DNA of 64,000 bases from an uncultured Chloroflexia bacterium. GTDB lineage: Bacteria; Chloroflexota; Limnocylindria; Limnocylindrales; CSP1-4. Shown piece after piece: positions 40,355 to 50,402 of this stretch. A model generated the notes under the pieces. The model made no database searches, had not been told where the DNA came from, and saw only the letters and a program-made list of their open reading frames with translations. How positions within the stretch are numbered: position 1 is the first letter of the stretch; every line of letters begins with the position of its first letter. The stretch spans positions 13,189-77,188 of the forward strand of contig CAVQRP010000009.1 of NCBI GenBank assembly GCA_963715295.1, in the 5' to 3' direction. The translations under genes were made by a program, and so were the position numbers.

Positions 40355-40681
40355 GTGCTGGCGCGACACGTTCCCCTGCGAACCTGTGTCGCCTGCCGGA
40401 CGCGCCGCGAGAAGGCCGCCCTGGTGCGCATCGTGCGACGGCCTGACGGCCGCGTCCAACTCGACCCCTCGAGCACGCTGGAGGGCCGCGGCGCGTATCT
40501 TTGCGCTGACGCCGACTGCTGGCGGCTGTCTCTGAAGCGCTCAGCCTTGAAGCGAGCACTACGCATATCACTACCGCTGGAACTGACAACACGACTGGAG
40601 CACGGCGACGTGGCCGACATCGGCACCACGTCCGCCCACGGGGCTCCTGCAGCGATCACAGGAGGCACCCATGGCACGTAG
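40355..40681 (+). CDS. YlxR/RnpM family RNA-binding protein (DUF448)
   Basis: [24 protein letters not shown]; sits between nusA and infB. Confidence 0.9.
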   Translation: MLARHVPLRTCVACRTRREKAALVRIVRRPDGRVQLDPSSTLEGRGAYLCADADCWRLSLKRSALKRALRISLPLELTTRLEHGDVADIGTTSAHGAPAAITGGTHGT

Positions 40682-42566
40682 CCGCAGCGGGACCCGCGGA
40701 CGGCGGGGCCCCCGCAAGCCGCGCAAGCGCAACGATAACCTCGAGAGCGCCGTCAAGATCGCCGATCCGGCGACACGCGGGGCGGTCGAGATCCCCGAGT
40801 CGGTCACCGTCAAGGAGCTGGCCGAGCTTATCGGCATCAACTCGGCCGACGTCATCCGTGAGCTCATCCGGAGTGGCATCTTTGCCACCATCAACCAGTC
40901 CATCGACCGCGACACGGCCGCGCTCGTCACCGAGGAGCTGGGCTTCCAGGTGGCTGAGGGCCGACCGGCCGACTCCAAGGACGATGAGGCCGAGTCAGCG
41001 CCTGCTCCCGCCACCAAGGTCGACCTGTTCGATGAGCCCGAGCCCGACAAGCTGGTCGAGCGTGCGCCGATCGTCACCGTCATGGGCCATGTCGACCATG
41101 GCAAGACCAGCCTGCTCGACCGCATCCGGGAATCATCGGTGGCCGAGGGTGAGCGTGGCGGGATCACGCAGCACATCGGCGCGAGCGAGGCCACGGTCAA
41201 CGGCCGGCGCATCGTCTTCCTCGACACGCCCGGCCATGAGGCCTTCACCTCCATGCGCGCCCGCGGGGCCAAGGTCACCGATATCGCCGTCCTGGTCGTA
41301 GCCGCCGACGATGGGGTCATGCCCCAGACCATCGAGGCCATCGATCACGCCAAGGCCGCCGGCGTCCCCATCGTGGTCGCGCTCAACAAGATGGACCTGC
41401 CCGACGGCAAGCCCGACCGCGTCAAGACCGAGCTGTCCGAACGTGGCGTCATCATCGAGGAGTACGGCGGCGACGTGCCGCTCGTCTCCGTCAGCGCCAA
41501 GACCGGTGACGGCATCAACGACCTGCTCGAGACCATCCTGCTGACGTCCGACGCCAACGTGGAGCCCAAGGCCAATCCGGATCGGCCGGCCATCGGAACC
41601 GTCGTGGAGGCAGAGCTCGATCGCGGCCGCGGCCCGGTCGCCACGATCCTCGTCCAGACGGGCACGCTGCGCCAGGGCGACGCCATCATCGTCGGTAACA
41701 CCTACGGCAAGGCTCGCGCGCTCGAGAACAGCAGCGGCAAGCGCATCAAGTCGGCCGGTCCGTCCACGGCAGCCGTGCTGCTCGGTCTATCGTCGGTGCC
41801 GGAGGCGGGAGACGTCGTACGCGTCGTCGACAGCGAGAAGATCGCTCGTGGTCAGGCCGAGGATCGGGTGCTGGCGGCGGCGGCCAAGTCGGACGCTTCG
41901 GGCCACACCACCCTCGAGGATCTCTACCGCCAGGTGCAGACCGGCCAGACCAAGGAGCTGCGCATCGTCCTCAAGTCGGACGTGCAGGGTTCGCTTGGTG
42001 CGGTCGTACACGCGCTGGAGCAGATCCAGAACGACGAGGTCCGCTTCAACGTCCTGCTCGAGGGCACCGGCGACATCACCGACAACGATGTCAACCTCGC
42101 CGCCGCATCCGACGCGGTGGTGGTCGGCTTCAACGTCCGCATCGGGGGCACGGCCAAGGCCATGGCTGAGTCCGAGAGCGTGGAAGTCCGGCTCTACGAC
42201 ATCATCTACAAGCTCACCGAGGACATGGAAGCTGCCTTGGCCGGCATGCTCGAGCCGGAGGTGGTGGAGACGATCCAGGGTCGTGCGGAGGTGCGCCAGA
42301 TCTTCCGCGTGGGCAAGAGCCAGCAGATCGCCGGCAGCTATGTCACCGACGGGCGCATCGTCCGCGGTGGGGCGCGCATCTACCGCAATGGACAGCTTCT
42401 CGCCACGGACAAGATCTCCTCGGTGCGGCGGTTCAAGGACGACGTCCGCGAGGTCATGTCGGGCTACGAGTGTGGCATCGCGCTGACGGGTTTCCATCAG
42501 CTCGAGGAACTCGACGTCATCGAGTCCTTTACCACGGAGACCATCGCGCGAGCCGTCACGAGGTAG
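40671..42566 (+). CDS. infB: Translation initiation factor IF-2 (short N-terminus)
   Basis: [36 protein letters not shown]. Confidence 0.97.
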   Translation: MARSRSGTRGRRGPRKPRKRNDNLESAVKIADPATRGAVEIPESVTVKELAELIGINSADVIRELIRSGIFATINQSIDRDTAALVTEELGFQVAEGRPADSKDDEAESAPAPATKVDLFDEPEPDKLVERAPIVTVMGHVDHGKTSLLDRIRESSVAEGERGGITQHIGASEATVNGRRIVFLDTPGHEAFTSMRARGAKVTDIAVLVVAADDGVMPQTIEAIDHAKAAGVPIVVALNKMDLPDGKPDRVKTELSERGVIIEEYGGDVPLVSVSAKTGDGINDLLETILLTSDANVEPKANPDRPAIGTVVEAELDRGRGPVATILVQTGTLRQGDAIIVGNTYGKARALENSSGKRIKSAGPSTAAVLLGLSSVPEAGDVVRVVDSEKIARGQAEDRVLAAAAKSDASGHTTLEDLYRQVQTGQTKELRIVLKSDVQGSLGAVVHALEQIQNDEVRFNVLLEGTGDITDNDVNLAAASDAVVVGFNVRIGGTAKAMAESESVEVRLYDIIYKLTEDMEAALAGMLEPEVVETIQGRAEVRQIFRVGKSQQIAGSYVTDGRIVRGGARIYRNGQLLATDKISSVRRFKDDVREVMSGYECGIALTGFHQLEELDVIESFTTETIARAVTR

Positions 42567-42569
42567 ACC

Positions 42570-43085
42570 GTGAGCGAGCGCAGCCGGCGCGTCGATCATC
42601 TCCTGCAGGAAGAGATCAGCGCCATCGTTCAGCGTGAGGTGCACGACCCAAGGGTCGGCTTCGTCACCATCACCAGTGTCGAGACCACGCCTGACCTGCG
42701 CCATGCCACGGTGTGGGCTTCGGTCATCGGCGACGCAGCCCAGCGCAAGGCCAGCCTCGAGGCGCTTGGTCGCGCCATGCCCTTCGTGCGCCATCAGCTG
42801 GGTGGCCTGCGCCTGCGGCGCGTCCCGGACCTGCACCTTCGCGAAGACGACAGCGCCCAGCGAGGCACCCGTGTGATGCAGCTGCTGGAGCGTGTCGAGG
42901 CGGAGTTCGAGGGCACGGGCGCTCATGTCGACGAGCCCGTGGCCGATATCGCCGATTTGCCCACGCCGTCGTCGCTCAACGACCCCGCTGATGGGGATGT
43001 CGACGATGATCCGTTGCCGGCCGGCTACCGACGCCGCGTGGACCGCGTGTCTTTGCGCAAAGCCAGGCAGCGCCGTGGTCGCTGA
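42570..43085 (+). CDS. rbfA: Ribosome-binding factor A
   Basis: RRVDHLLQEEIS, DPRVGFVTIT, PDLRHA, LRRVPDL; extended C-terminal tail. Confidence 0.94.
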   Translation: MSERSRRVDHLLQEEISAIVQREVHDPRVGFVTITSVETTPDLRHATVWASVIGDAAQRKASLEALGRAMPFVRHQLGGLRLRRVPDLHLREDDSAQRGTRVMQLLERVEAEFEGTGAHVDEPVADIADLPTPSSLNDPADGDVDDDPLPAGYRRRVDRVSLRKARQRRGR

Positions 43086-44112
43086 CGGCATGCATTCGCT
43101 GCTGCAGTCCGACCTCGACGCGGTGCCGGTGGAGGTGCCCGAACGCCTGCTGCAGGGCAAGCGAGTCATGACCGTCTGCCACGAGAACCCCGACGCCGAT
43201 GCGCTCGGTTCAGCCCTGGGCGTGGCCCTCGCGCTGGAGACGCTCGGGGCACGGGTGAACGCCGTCTGCTCCGATCCGGTGCCCGACATGTACGACTTCA
43301 TGCCCCAGGTCGAGCGGTTCCGTCGATCGCCCGAGCCGGACCTGGACCCCGACCTCATCGTGGTCTGTGACTGTGGTGATCTCGAGCGCACCGGCAGCGT
43401 GCTCCGCGAGCAGGCTGGACTGTTCGAGCGGGTACCCATCGTCAACCTCGATCACCACGTCTCCAACACCGGCTTCGGCACGACCGACTGGGTCGACGCA
43501 ACGGCCGCGGCCACGTGCGAGGAGGTGACCCTGCTGCTGCCGCATCTCGGTGTCGCCTTCGATGCGCTCGGCGGCGACATCGTCCAGAACCTGACCGCGG
43601 GCCTGGTCTTCGACACGGCCAACTTCGCACACTCCAACACCACGCCGCGCACACTGCGCGTGGCGTCCGAGCTGGTCGCCGCGGGAGCCGAGCTGCCCAT
43701 GATCGCGCGGCGCATCTACCGCACCAAGCCCAACCCGCAGCTGAAGCTGTTCGGTCTCGTGCTGGCCCGCCTTGAATCGTCGGCCGACGGCCGCCTCACC
43801 TGGTCGGTCGTCAGCGACCAGGACTACGAGCGCGCCGGTGCCAGCCAGCAGATGTCCGAGGGACTCATCGACCTGCTGGCGCAGTCGGCCACTGCCGAGG
43901 TAGCCATCCTCTTCAAGGACCTCGGCGACGAGGTACGCCTTTCGGTCCGGACGCGCGATGACGGTGTCGACGCGACCACGCTGACGGGTGCATTCGGTGG
44001 CGGCGGGCACGCTCGTGCCGCCGGGGCCACCTTCGCGGGTGATCTCGCAGCCGCTCGGCCGGCGGTGCTCGACCAGGCCCAGCGGCTGCTGGACGAGATG
44101 CCCGCTCGCTGA
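43075..44112 (+). CDS. nrnA: DHH/DHHA1 phosphoesterase (NrnA-like oligoribonuclease / pAp phosphatase)
   Basis: HENPDADALGS, NLDHH, DTANF, GGGGHARAAG. Start GTG 43075 or ATG 43090. Confidence 0.88.
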   Translation: MVADGMHSLLQSDLDAVPVEVPERLLQGKRVMTVCHENPDADALGSALGVALALETLGARVNAVCSDPVPDMYDFMPQVERFRRSPEPDLDPDLIVVCDCGDLERTGSVLREQAGLFERVPIVNLDHHVSNTGFGTTDWVDATAAATCEEVTLLLPHLGVAFDALGGDIVQNLTAGLVFDTANFAHSNTTPRTLRVASELVAAGAELPMIARRIYRTKPNPQLKLFGLVLARLESSADGRLTWSVVSDQDYERAGASQQMSEGLIDLLAQSATAEVAILFKDLGDEVRLSVRTRDDGVDATTLTGAFGGGGHARAAGATFAGDLAAARPAVLDQAQRLLDEMPAR

Positions 44113-45119
44113 TGGCGCGGCGACGCGACGACGGACCGCGCATCGACGGCATCCTCGTCGTCTCCAAGCCCGCCGGTCCTACTTCCCATGACGTCATCGA
44201 TGCCGTGCGTCGGTTGACCGGTGTGCGCCGCGTCGGCCACGGCGGCACCCTTGATCCCTTCGCCATGGGTGTCTTGCCCGTCTTCATGGGACGCGCCACG
44301 CGCATGGTCGACTACCACCGCGGCGACGACAAGGCCTATCGCGCTGCGGTCGTGTTCGGGGCCCGATCGACGACCGATGACATCGACGGCGAGATGACGC
44401 CCGGGACGAGCCCGGTACCCGACCGCGACAGCGTGGAGGGGGCGCTGTCGATGTTTCGGGGTGAGATCGAACAGGTGCCGCCCGACCATTCGGCCGTGCA
44501 TGTGGGCGGCAAGCGTGCGTACGAGCTGGCACGGGGAGGGGAGAAGCCGGAGCTGGCTCCTCGTCGCGTGACCATCCATGCGCTCGACCTGGTGGCGTGG
44601 GATGCGGCTGATGCCGAGCGACCCATGGCCGAGCTGGAAGTCCGTTGCAGCGCCGGGACGTACGTGCGCTCGCTGGCGCGAGACCTGGGCACGCAGCTTG
44701 GTTGTGGCGCCTACCTAGGCGCCCTCACCCGGACGGCCAGCGGCCCCTTCCACATCGCTGCCTCGCATCCGCTCGAACGCGTTCGGGCCGAGCTTGCCGC
44801 CGGCAACGTGGAAGCCCTGCTGCTGGCACCCGACAGCGGCTTGGAGCACCTGCCCATGCTGCAGGCGTCGGGGCCGGACATCGAAGCCATCGCGCGCGGC
44901 CAGATCATCCGCGTGCGCGGCCAGATCGCTGGCCCCCTGGACCCGGCGGCGGTGCTGGACTCAGCCGCGGTCGTGCGCGTACTCGCCGATAACGGCAAGC
45001 TCGTGGCCATGGCGCACATCGACAAGGGGCGCCTGTACCCCGACAAGGTCTTCATCAGCCCGGAGGAGATCACGACCCCGCCCGGAGCGACCGAGCCGGG
45101 GGTAGTGACCGAGGCATGA
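44112..45119 (+). CDS. truB: tRNA pseudouridine(55) synthase
   Basis: KPAGPTSHD, GHGGTLDPFAMGVL, CSAGTYVRSLARDLG. Confidence 0.96.
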   Translation: MARRRDDGPRIDGILVVSKPAGPTSHDVIDAVRRLTGVRRVGHGGTLDPFAMGVLPVFMGRATRMVDYHRGDDKAYRAAVVFGARSTTDDIDGEMTPGTSPVPDRDSVEGALSMFRGEIEQVPPDHSAVHVGGKRAYELARGGEKPELAPRRVTIHALDLVAWDAADAERPMAELEVRCSAGTYVRSLARDLGTQLGCGAYLGALTRTASGPFHIAASHPLERVRAELAAGNVEALLLAPDSGLEHLPMLQASGPDIEAIARGQIIRVRGQIAGPLDPAAVLDSAAVVRVLADNGKLVAMAHIDKGRLYPDKVFISPEEITTPPGATEPGVVTEA

Positions 45120-46081
45120 CCGGACCCGTGCGTGGCATCGACAACCTGCCCAGCGACACCCGCCTGGTGGTCACCGTTGGCGTCTTCGATGGCGTCCACC
45201 GTGGCCATCAGCAGGTCTTCCGTGTGCTCGAGGAGACTGCCCGACGGCTCGGCGCGATGCCGGTCGTGGTCACGTTCGATCCGCACCCCGACGCAGTCGT
45301 CGCCGGACGTGCCCCCGATATGCTCATGGACCGACGTGAGCGCATCGAGCGCATCTCACGGCTCATCGGCGGGCTGGTCGTGCTGCAGCGCTTCGACGAG
45401 GTCTTCCGCCGCACCACCGCCGAGGAGTTCGTGGCCCGCCTGGGGGGTGGTCGCAATCTTGCCGGACTGGTGATGACGAAGGTGTCGGCCTTTGGTCGCG
45501 ACCGCGGTGGCACGCTGCCGGTGCTGCGCGAGATGGGCGCGGCCGCGGGCTGGGAGCTCGTCGAAGCCCCCACGCTCGACTCCGGTGGCGCGCGCGTCTC
45601 GAGCGCCCGCACGCGTGAGCTGGTGGCCGAGGGGCAGCTCCAGACAGCCGCCGAGCTGCTGGGCCGCCCCTTCGCGCTCGTCGGCTCGGTCGTGCATGGC
45701 GAACAGCGAGGCCGGGAGCTGGGCTTCCCCACGGCCAACCTCGACTTCTCGCAACCGGTGGCCCTGCCGCCCGACGGCATCTACGCTGCCCGCGCGACCT
45801 GGGGGGGCGAGGCCGTGCTCGAGCCGCGCGAACGCGCCGATGCCGTCATCTCCCTGGGTACGCAGCCTACCTTCGGCGGCCGCGTGCGACTGCTCGAGGT
45901 CCACCTGCTCGATCGGGAAGACGATCTCTACGGCCAGCGGATGCGCGTCGAGTTCCGGCAGTGGATCCGCGGGCAGCGTCGCTATGACTCGGCCGATGCG
46001 CTCATCGTACAGATGGGTGATGACGTCCAGCGGGCCCGTGACGTGCTGGCTCGCTCCGGGACGGACGGCCGGACCAGCTGA
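45116..46081 (+). CDS. ribF: Bifunctional riboflavin kinase / FAD synthetase
   Basis: GVFDGVHRGHQ, TFDPHP, VSSARTR, GRELGFPTAN, EVHLLD. Confidence 0.95.
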   Translation: MTGPVRGIDNLPSDTRLVVTVGVFDGVHRGHQQVFRVLEETARRLGAMPVVVTFDPHPDAVVAGRAPDMLMDRRERIERISRLIGGLVVLQRFDEVFRRTTAEEFVARLGGGRNLAGLVMTKVSAFGRDRGGTLPVLREMGAAAGWELVEAPTLDSGGARVSSARTRELVAEGQLQTAAELLGRPFALVGSVVHGEQRGRELGFPTANLDFSQPVALPPDGIYAARATWGGEAVLEPRERADAVISLGTQPTFGGRVRLLEVHLLDREDDLYGQRMRVEFRQWIRGQRRYDSADALIVQMGDDVQRARDVLARSGTDGRTS

Positions 46082-46294
46082 GCGCAGTCGGTCGCACGGC
46101 CGCAGGGATGACGACTCGGCACGGTACGCCGCAATCCGTCACAATGAAGGCACACATCCGACGAGCGCCCGCGCCTTTGTCAACCATGCGGCGGCTCGAC
46201 GGTATTCTCGCGTGGCTGATCACGGGCCTATCCTGAAAGCTGTGCTATGCTCCGCGCGATAACAGATAGGTATATGGATAGGCTGGAGGACCAG

Positions 46295-46564
46295 TTGCCG
46301 CTCACGCGGGAAACGAAGGCAAGCGTCGTTGCCGACTACGCCACCACGGAAGGTGACACCGGATCGCCTGAAGTCCAGATCGCGCTGCTCACAGAGCGGA
46401 TCGGCGGGCTGACAGAGCATCTTCGACGCTACCCCAAGGATCACCACTCGCGCCGCGGCTTGCTCAAGCTCGTTGGCACGCGACGTCGCCTCCTTGCGTA
46501 CCTGATGCGCAAGGACGCTGCCCGGTATCAGTCCGTCATCGAACGGCTCGGCCTGCGCCGCTAA
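46295..46564 (+). CDS. rpsO: 30S ribosomal protein S15
   Basis: [33 protein letters not shown]; TTG start after GGAGGA. Confidence 0.97.
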   Translation: MPLTRETKASVVADYATTEGDTGSPEVQIALLTERIGGLTEHLRRYPKDHHSRRGLLKLVGTRRRLLAYLMRKDAARYQSVIERLGLRR

Positions 46565-46691
46565 GGCGGGATGGCCTCGGCGGGCGCTGCCCGCACTCGC
46601 TACCACATCGCATGCGCCAAGGAGACCTCAGGTGAGGTCTGCGCAGTAGCACCCAACGTGCCCGGTCCGTCGGTCGTCCCCTGGAGGACAG

Positions 46692-49297
46692 ATGACGGTA
46701 ACCACCCTGACCGACCGAGTTCGGCGGTCGCACCATCACCATCGAGACGGGCAAGCTCGCTCGCCTGGCTGGTGGCTCCGTGACCGTGCAGTACGGCGAC
46801 ACCGTGCTGCTCGGCACGGCCAATCGAGCCGAACCGCGACCGGGTCTCGACTTCTTCCCGCTCACGATCGACTTCGAGGAGCGGATGTACGCCGCGGGCA
46901 AGATCCCCGGCGGTTTCATCAAGCGTGAGGCGCGCCCGTCGGAGGCAGCCATCCTCGCTGCCCGCCTGACCGACCGTCCTATCCGCCCGCTCTTCCCCGA
47001 GGGCTACAAGGACGACGTGCAGTGCGTGCTGACGGTGCTCTCGACCGATCAGGAGAACAACCCCGACATCATCGGCACGATCGCCGCCTCGGCCGCGCTG
47101 ACCATCAGCGAGATCCCGTTCCTGGGCCCGGTCGCCGCCGTGCGCATCGGCCGCATCGACGGCAAGTTCGTGGTCAACCCGATCGCCAGCCAGATGGAGG
47201 AATCGGAGCTCGACCTCATCGTCAGCGGCACCAAGGACGCCATCATGATGGTCGAGGCGGGCGCCAAGATCCTGCCCGAGTCCGTCATGGCCGATGCCAT
47301 CATGTTCGGTCACGCGCAGCATCCAGCCGGTCATCGAGCTGCAGGAGCGGCTCCAGGCTGAGGTCGGCAAGGCCAAGCAGCATCCCCTACGTCGAGCCGG
47401 GTGTCAGCTCCGTCGTGGACTTCGTCGAGGCCGTCTCGGCGGGCGAGTCGTTCGTCGTCTTCGACACCGAGACCACCAGCAAGGACGCGCGCACCGGCGA
47501 GCTCGTCGAGATCGGCGCCGTCCGCCTGAGCGGCGGCAAGGTGACCGATACGTTCGAGACGCTCGTCAAGCCCACCCGCGGCATCGTCGGCAAGCAGATC
47601 CACGGCATCACCAACGCCGACGTGGCCAACGCGCCCCAAGCCCGGCGGAAGCGGCGGCGCAAGCTGCTCGATTTCGCCGGCGACGACATCCTCGTCGGCC
47701 ACAACGTCGGCTTCGACATCAGCTTCGTCGAGGCTGCGCTGGCCGACGGTACACGCATCGAGCCGGGCACGTACCTCGACACGCTCGTGCTCGCGCGTGG
47801 TGGCTACCCCGACCTCGACGCTCACAAGCTGGCCGACCTGGTCGAGTTCTTCGAGCTCTCCGTCGACCCCAAGCACCGTGCGCTTGCCGACGCCGAGGCC
47901 ACCGCAGCGCTGCTGCAGCCGCATGGCCGAGGACCTGCCCGGTCGCGTGGCTGCCTTCAAGGAGGCCGTGGCCGCGTCGGTGCGCATGCGCAAGGGTGGC
48001 GCTGACAGCGACGTCGCTGACGCCGCCTTCGAGGCTGCGCTGGTGGCCTCAGGCATGAGCAAGAGCCTGACCACCTCCTTCACAAGAAGACCGTGCGCGA
48101 GCTGGTCCTCGACGAGGGCATCCGCATCGACGGCCGTGACGTCGACACCATCCGCCCCATCTCGGTCGAGGTCGGACTGCTGCCGCGCGCTCACGGCTCG
48201 GCGCTCTTCACCCGAGGCGAGACCCAGGCGCTGACGGTGGCCACGCTCGGCCCCTCGAGCGACGTCCAGCGCATCGACACCATCAGCCCCGAGGAGTCCA
48301 AGCGCTACCTGCACCACTACAACATGCCGCCCGTACAGCACGGGCGAGAACAAGTTCATGCGCGGTCCCGGCCGGCGTGAGATCGGCCACGGTGCGCTCG
48401 CCGAGCGGGCGCTGGTACCGGTCCTGCCCGACGCAGGAGGAGTTCCCCTACGTCATCCGCCTCGTGAGCGAGTGCGTCACCTCCAACGGCTCGACCTCGA
48501 TGGCCTCCACCTGCGGCTCGACGCTGGCGCTCATGGACGCCGGCGTGCCCATCAAGGCCCCGGTCGCGGGCGCCGCCATGGGCCTGGTCACCGACGGCGA
48601 GCGCTTCGCCGTCCTCACCGACATCCTCGGCAAGGAAGACTTCTTCGGTGACATGGACTTCAAGGTCACCGGCACCGCTGAAGGCGTCACTGCGCTGCAG
48701 ATGGACATCAAGGTCCAGGGCATCAACGAGGACATCATCCGCCAGGGCCTTGAGAAGGCTCATACGGCACGCCTGTTCATCCTCGACAAGATGACCGAGG
48801 TGCTGCCGACGGCACGAGGCGACGTGAGTAGCTTCGCCCCGCGCATCATCACCATCAAGATCAATCCCGAGAAGATCCGCGACATCATCGGCAAGGGTGG
48901 CGCCACGATCCGCAAGATCCAGGAAGAGACCGGCACGGAGATCAACGTCGAGGACGACGGCAGCGTCGAGATCGCGGCCGTCAACTCCGAGCACTCCGCC
49001 AAGGCCGTGCAGTGGATCGAGTCCCTCACCCGCGAGGTGGAGGTCGGCGCGCTGTACCTGGGCAAGGTCACCCGCATCATGGGCTTCGGCTGCTTCGTCG
49101 AGATCCTGCCCGGCAAGGAAGGCCTGGTGCGCATCGGCGAGCTGGCCGACTACCACGTGCCCACCGTCGAGGACGTCGTCCAGGTGGGTGACGAGATCAT
49201 GGTGGTCGTCATCGAGATCGACCGCCAGGGTCGCGTCAACCTCAGCCGAAAGGCCGCCATGCAGCGGCACCTGGCCAAGGATGGTGGGGAGGCCTAG
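46692..49297 (+). CDS. pnp: Polyribonucleotide nucleotidyltransferase (PNPase) with an inserted DEDDh exonuclease domain; broken by at least 7 single-base indels (probable sequencing errors)
   Basis: After frame correction: [33 protein letters not shown] (PH1); [43 protein letters not shown] (PH2); KH IIGKGG; S1 [15 protein letters not shown]. Shifts near 46713, 47314, 47379, 47920, 48075, 48332 and 48429. GGAGG RBS; follows rpsO. Confidence 0.92.
47451..47919 (+). other. DEDDh 3'-5' exonuclease (DnaQ/epsilon-like) domain embedded within pnp
   Basis: Exo[31 protein letters not shown], Exo[29 protein letters not shown], Exo[14 protein letters not shown]. Confidence 0.9.
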
Positions 49298-49308
49298 CCT
49301 CCCGCACC
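49283..49308. terminator. GC-rich hairpin between convergent pnp and glycosyltransferase stops
   Basis: GGTG-GGGAGGC-CTA-GCCTCCC-gCACC inverted repeat overlapping the pnp stop; no U-tract. Confidence 0.4.
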
Positions 49309-49309
49309 C

Positions 49310-50398
49310 TCAGTCGACGGGGTCGGGCTGCTTGAGCGCGGCCCCGTAGGCATCGCGCGTCGCTTCCGCCACGCGCATCCAATCGAATCGATCAAGGTCA
49401 GTGCCGTTGTGACGGCCCATGGCCTCGAGATCGGCAGTCATCGCGACCCGCAGTGCGCCTTCAAGGCCTTGCGGGTCGTCGGCGTCGTACAGGATGCCGC
49501 CGGCCTCGTCGAGCACATCGGTGACGCAGCCGCGACGAGGTGCGATGACGGCGCGCTCGAACGACATCGCCAGCAGGACGGAGCCAGAGGTGAAGATCTC
49601 CAGGAACGGAGCGGCTACGACGTCGGCCGCGCGCAGGTAGACCTGCAGGTCATCGTCAGGAACGAAGCCGAGCGAGAGGTGGACGCGCTCGTCGCCCTTG
49701 GCGGCCGCGCTCAGGCGAGCAGCGTAGGCACCGTCGACCGCCCGGCCGGCGATAAGGAGGTGGGCGTCCGGCTCATCGAGGTGGCTGAAGGCCTCGAACA
49801 GCTCCCACACCCCCTTGTACGAGCGCACCCAGCCCACGAAGGCGATGACGGTGGCAGCCTCAGGCAGATCGAGCCGCGCCCGCGCTTCCTGGCGCGTGAT
49901 GGTATCCGGATAGGCTCCCCGGTAGTGGCCGTGCGGGATGATCGCGACCTTGTCGCGACCGTCGTCGCCGACGGCCAGCGTCTCAAGCAGACTGTCTGCG
50001 GCCGCGGTGCAGTGCACGATCACGGCATCTGCCAGCTCGAAGAGCGAGCGCATGAAGGAGAGTTCGGTGGGGTCTTCCTTGCGATCGTGGCGAAAGAGGT
50101 CGTGGGCGGTCCAGACCAGGCCGATGCCGGCGCGCTTCGCGACACGCAGCTCGACGAGCGTGCGCTTGGCCTTGACACGGCTGACCTTGCTGCTGCCACC
50201 GGCGATGTACGGCTCGGTCCAGTGGATGTGGATGATGTCCGGCCGCCCGTGCCGCCGCAGCGCCTCGGCGATGGGCAGCAGTCGCCGCGAGCCGGTGGGG
50301 TCGGCGCTGACGTCGATGCCCAGCCCACCGAGGCCGTCGGAGAGGGCGCGCTGGTAAGCGTTGGCCTCTGAGTAGTCGGGCAGGAACAGGACTCGCAA
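49310..50398 (-). CDS. Glycosyltransferase family 4 (GT-B)
   Basis: (M)RVLFLPDYSEANAYQ, IIHIHW, WTAHD, IIPHGHY, FVGWVRSYKGV, TSGSVLLAMSF. Probable TTG start at 50398. Confidence 0.9.
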   Translation of the reverse strand: MRVLFLPDYSEANAYQRALSDGLGGLGIDVSADPTGSRRLLPIAEALRRHGRPDIIHIHWTEPYIAGGSSKVSRVKAKRTLVELRVAKRAGIGLVWTAHDLFRHDRKEDPTELSFMRSLFELADAVIVHCTAAADSLLETLAVGDDGRDKVAIIPHGHYRGAYPDTITRQEARARLDLPEAATVIAFVGWVRSYKGVWELFEAFSHLDEPDAHLLIAGRAVDGAYAARLSAAAKGDERVHLSLGFVPDDDLQVYLRAADVVAAPFLEIFTSGSVLLAMSFERAVIAPRRGCVTDVLDEAGGILYDADDPQGLEGALRVAMTADLEAMGRHNGTDLDRFDWMRVAEATRDAYGAALKQPDPVD

Positions 50399-50402
50399 CT
50401 CG

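Noticed and set aside
46082-46294. Possible tRNA or sRNA in the ribF-rpsO gap
   Set aside because: No cloverleaf or T-loop GTTC motif. It contains -10-like boxes (TATTCT 46203, TGcTATGCT 46243) and is best read as the rpsO promoter and leader.
47631-47663. Basic RRKRRRK patch as an RNA-binding motif in the exonuclease domain
   Set aside because: Removing three single bases gives APKPAEAARKLLDF, which fits the DnaQ family pattern, so the patch is probably an indel artefact.
47022-48005. Track ORF as an independent dnaQ-like gene splitting pnp into separate genes
   Set aside because: Its first ~120 and last ~25 codons are off-frame readings of pnp sequence. There is no RBS or start near the domain, and single-base corrections join it to PH1 and PH2.
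47380-48090. Intein or mobile element as the explanation of the pnp insertion
   Set aside because: No Cys/Ser start or His-Asn end splice motifs, no LAGLIDADG/HNH motifs, no terminal repeats; the insert is a DEDDh exonuclease.
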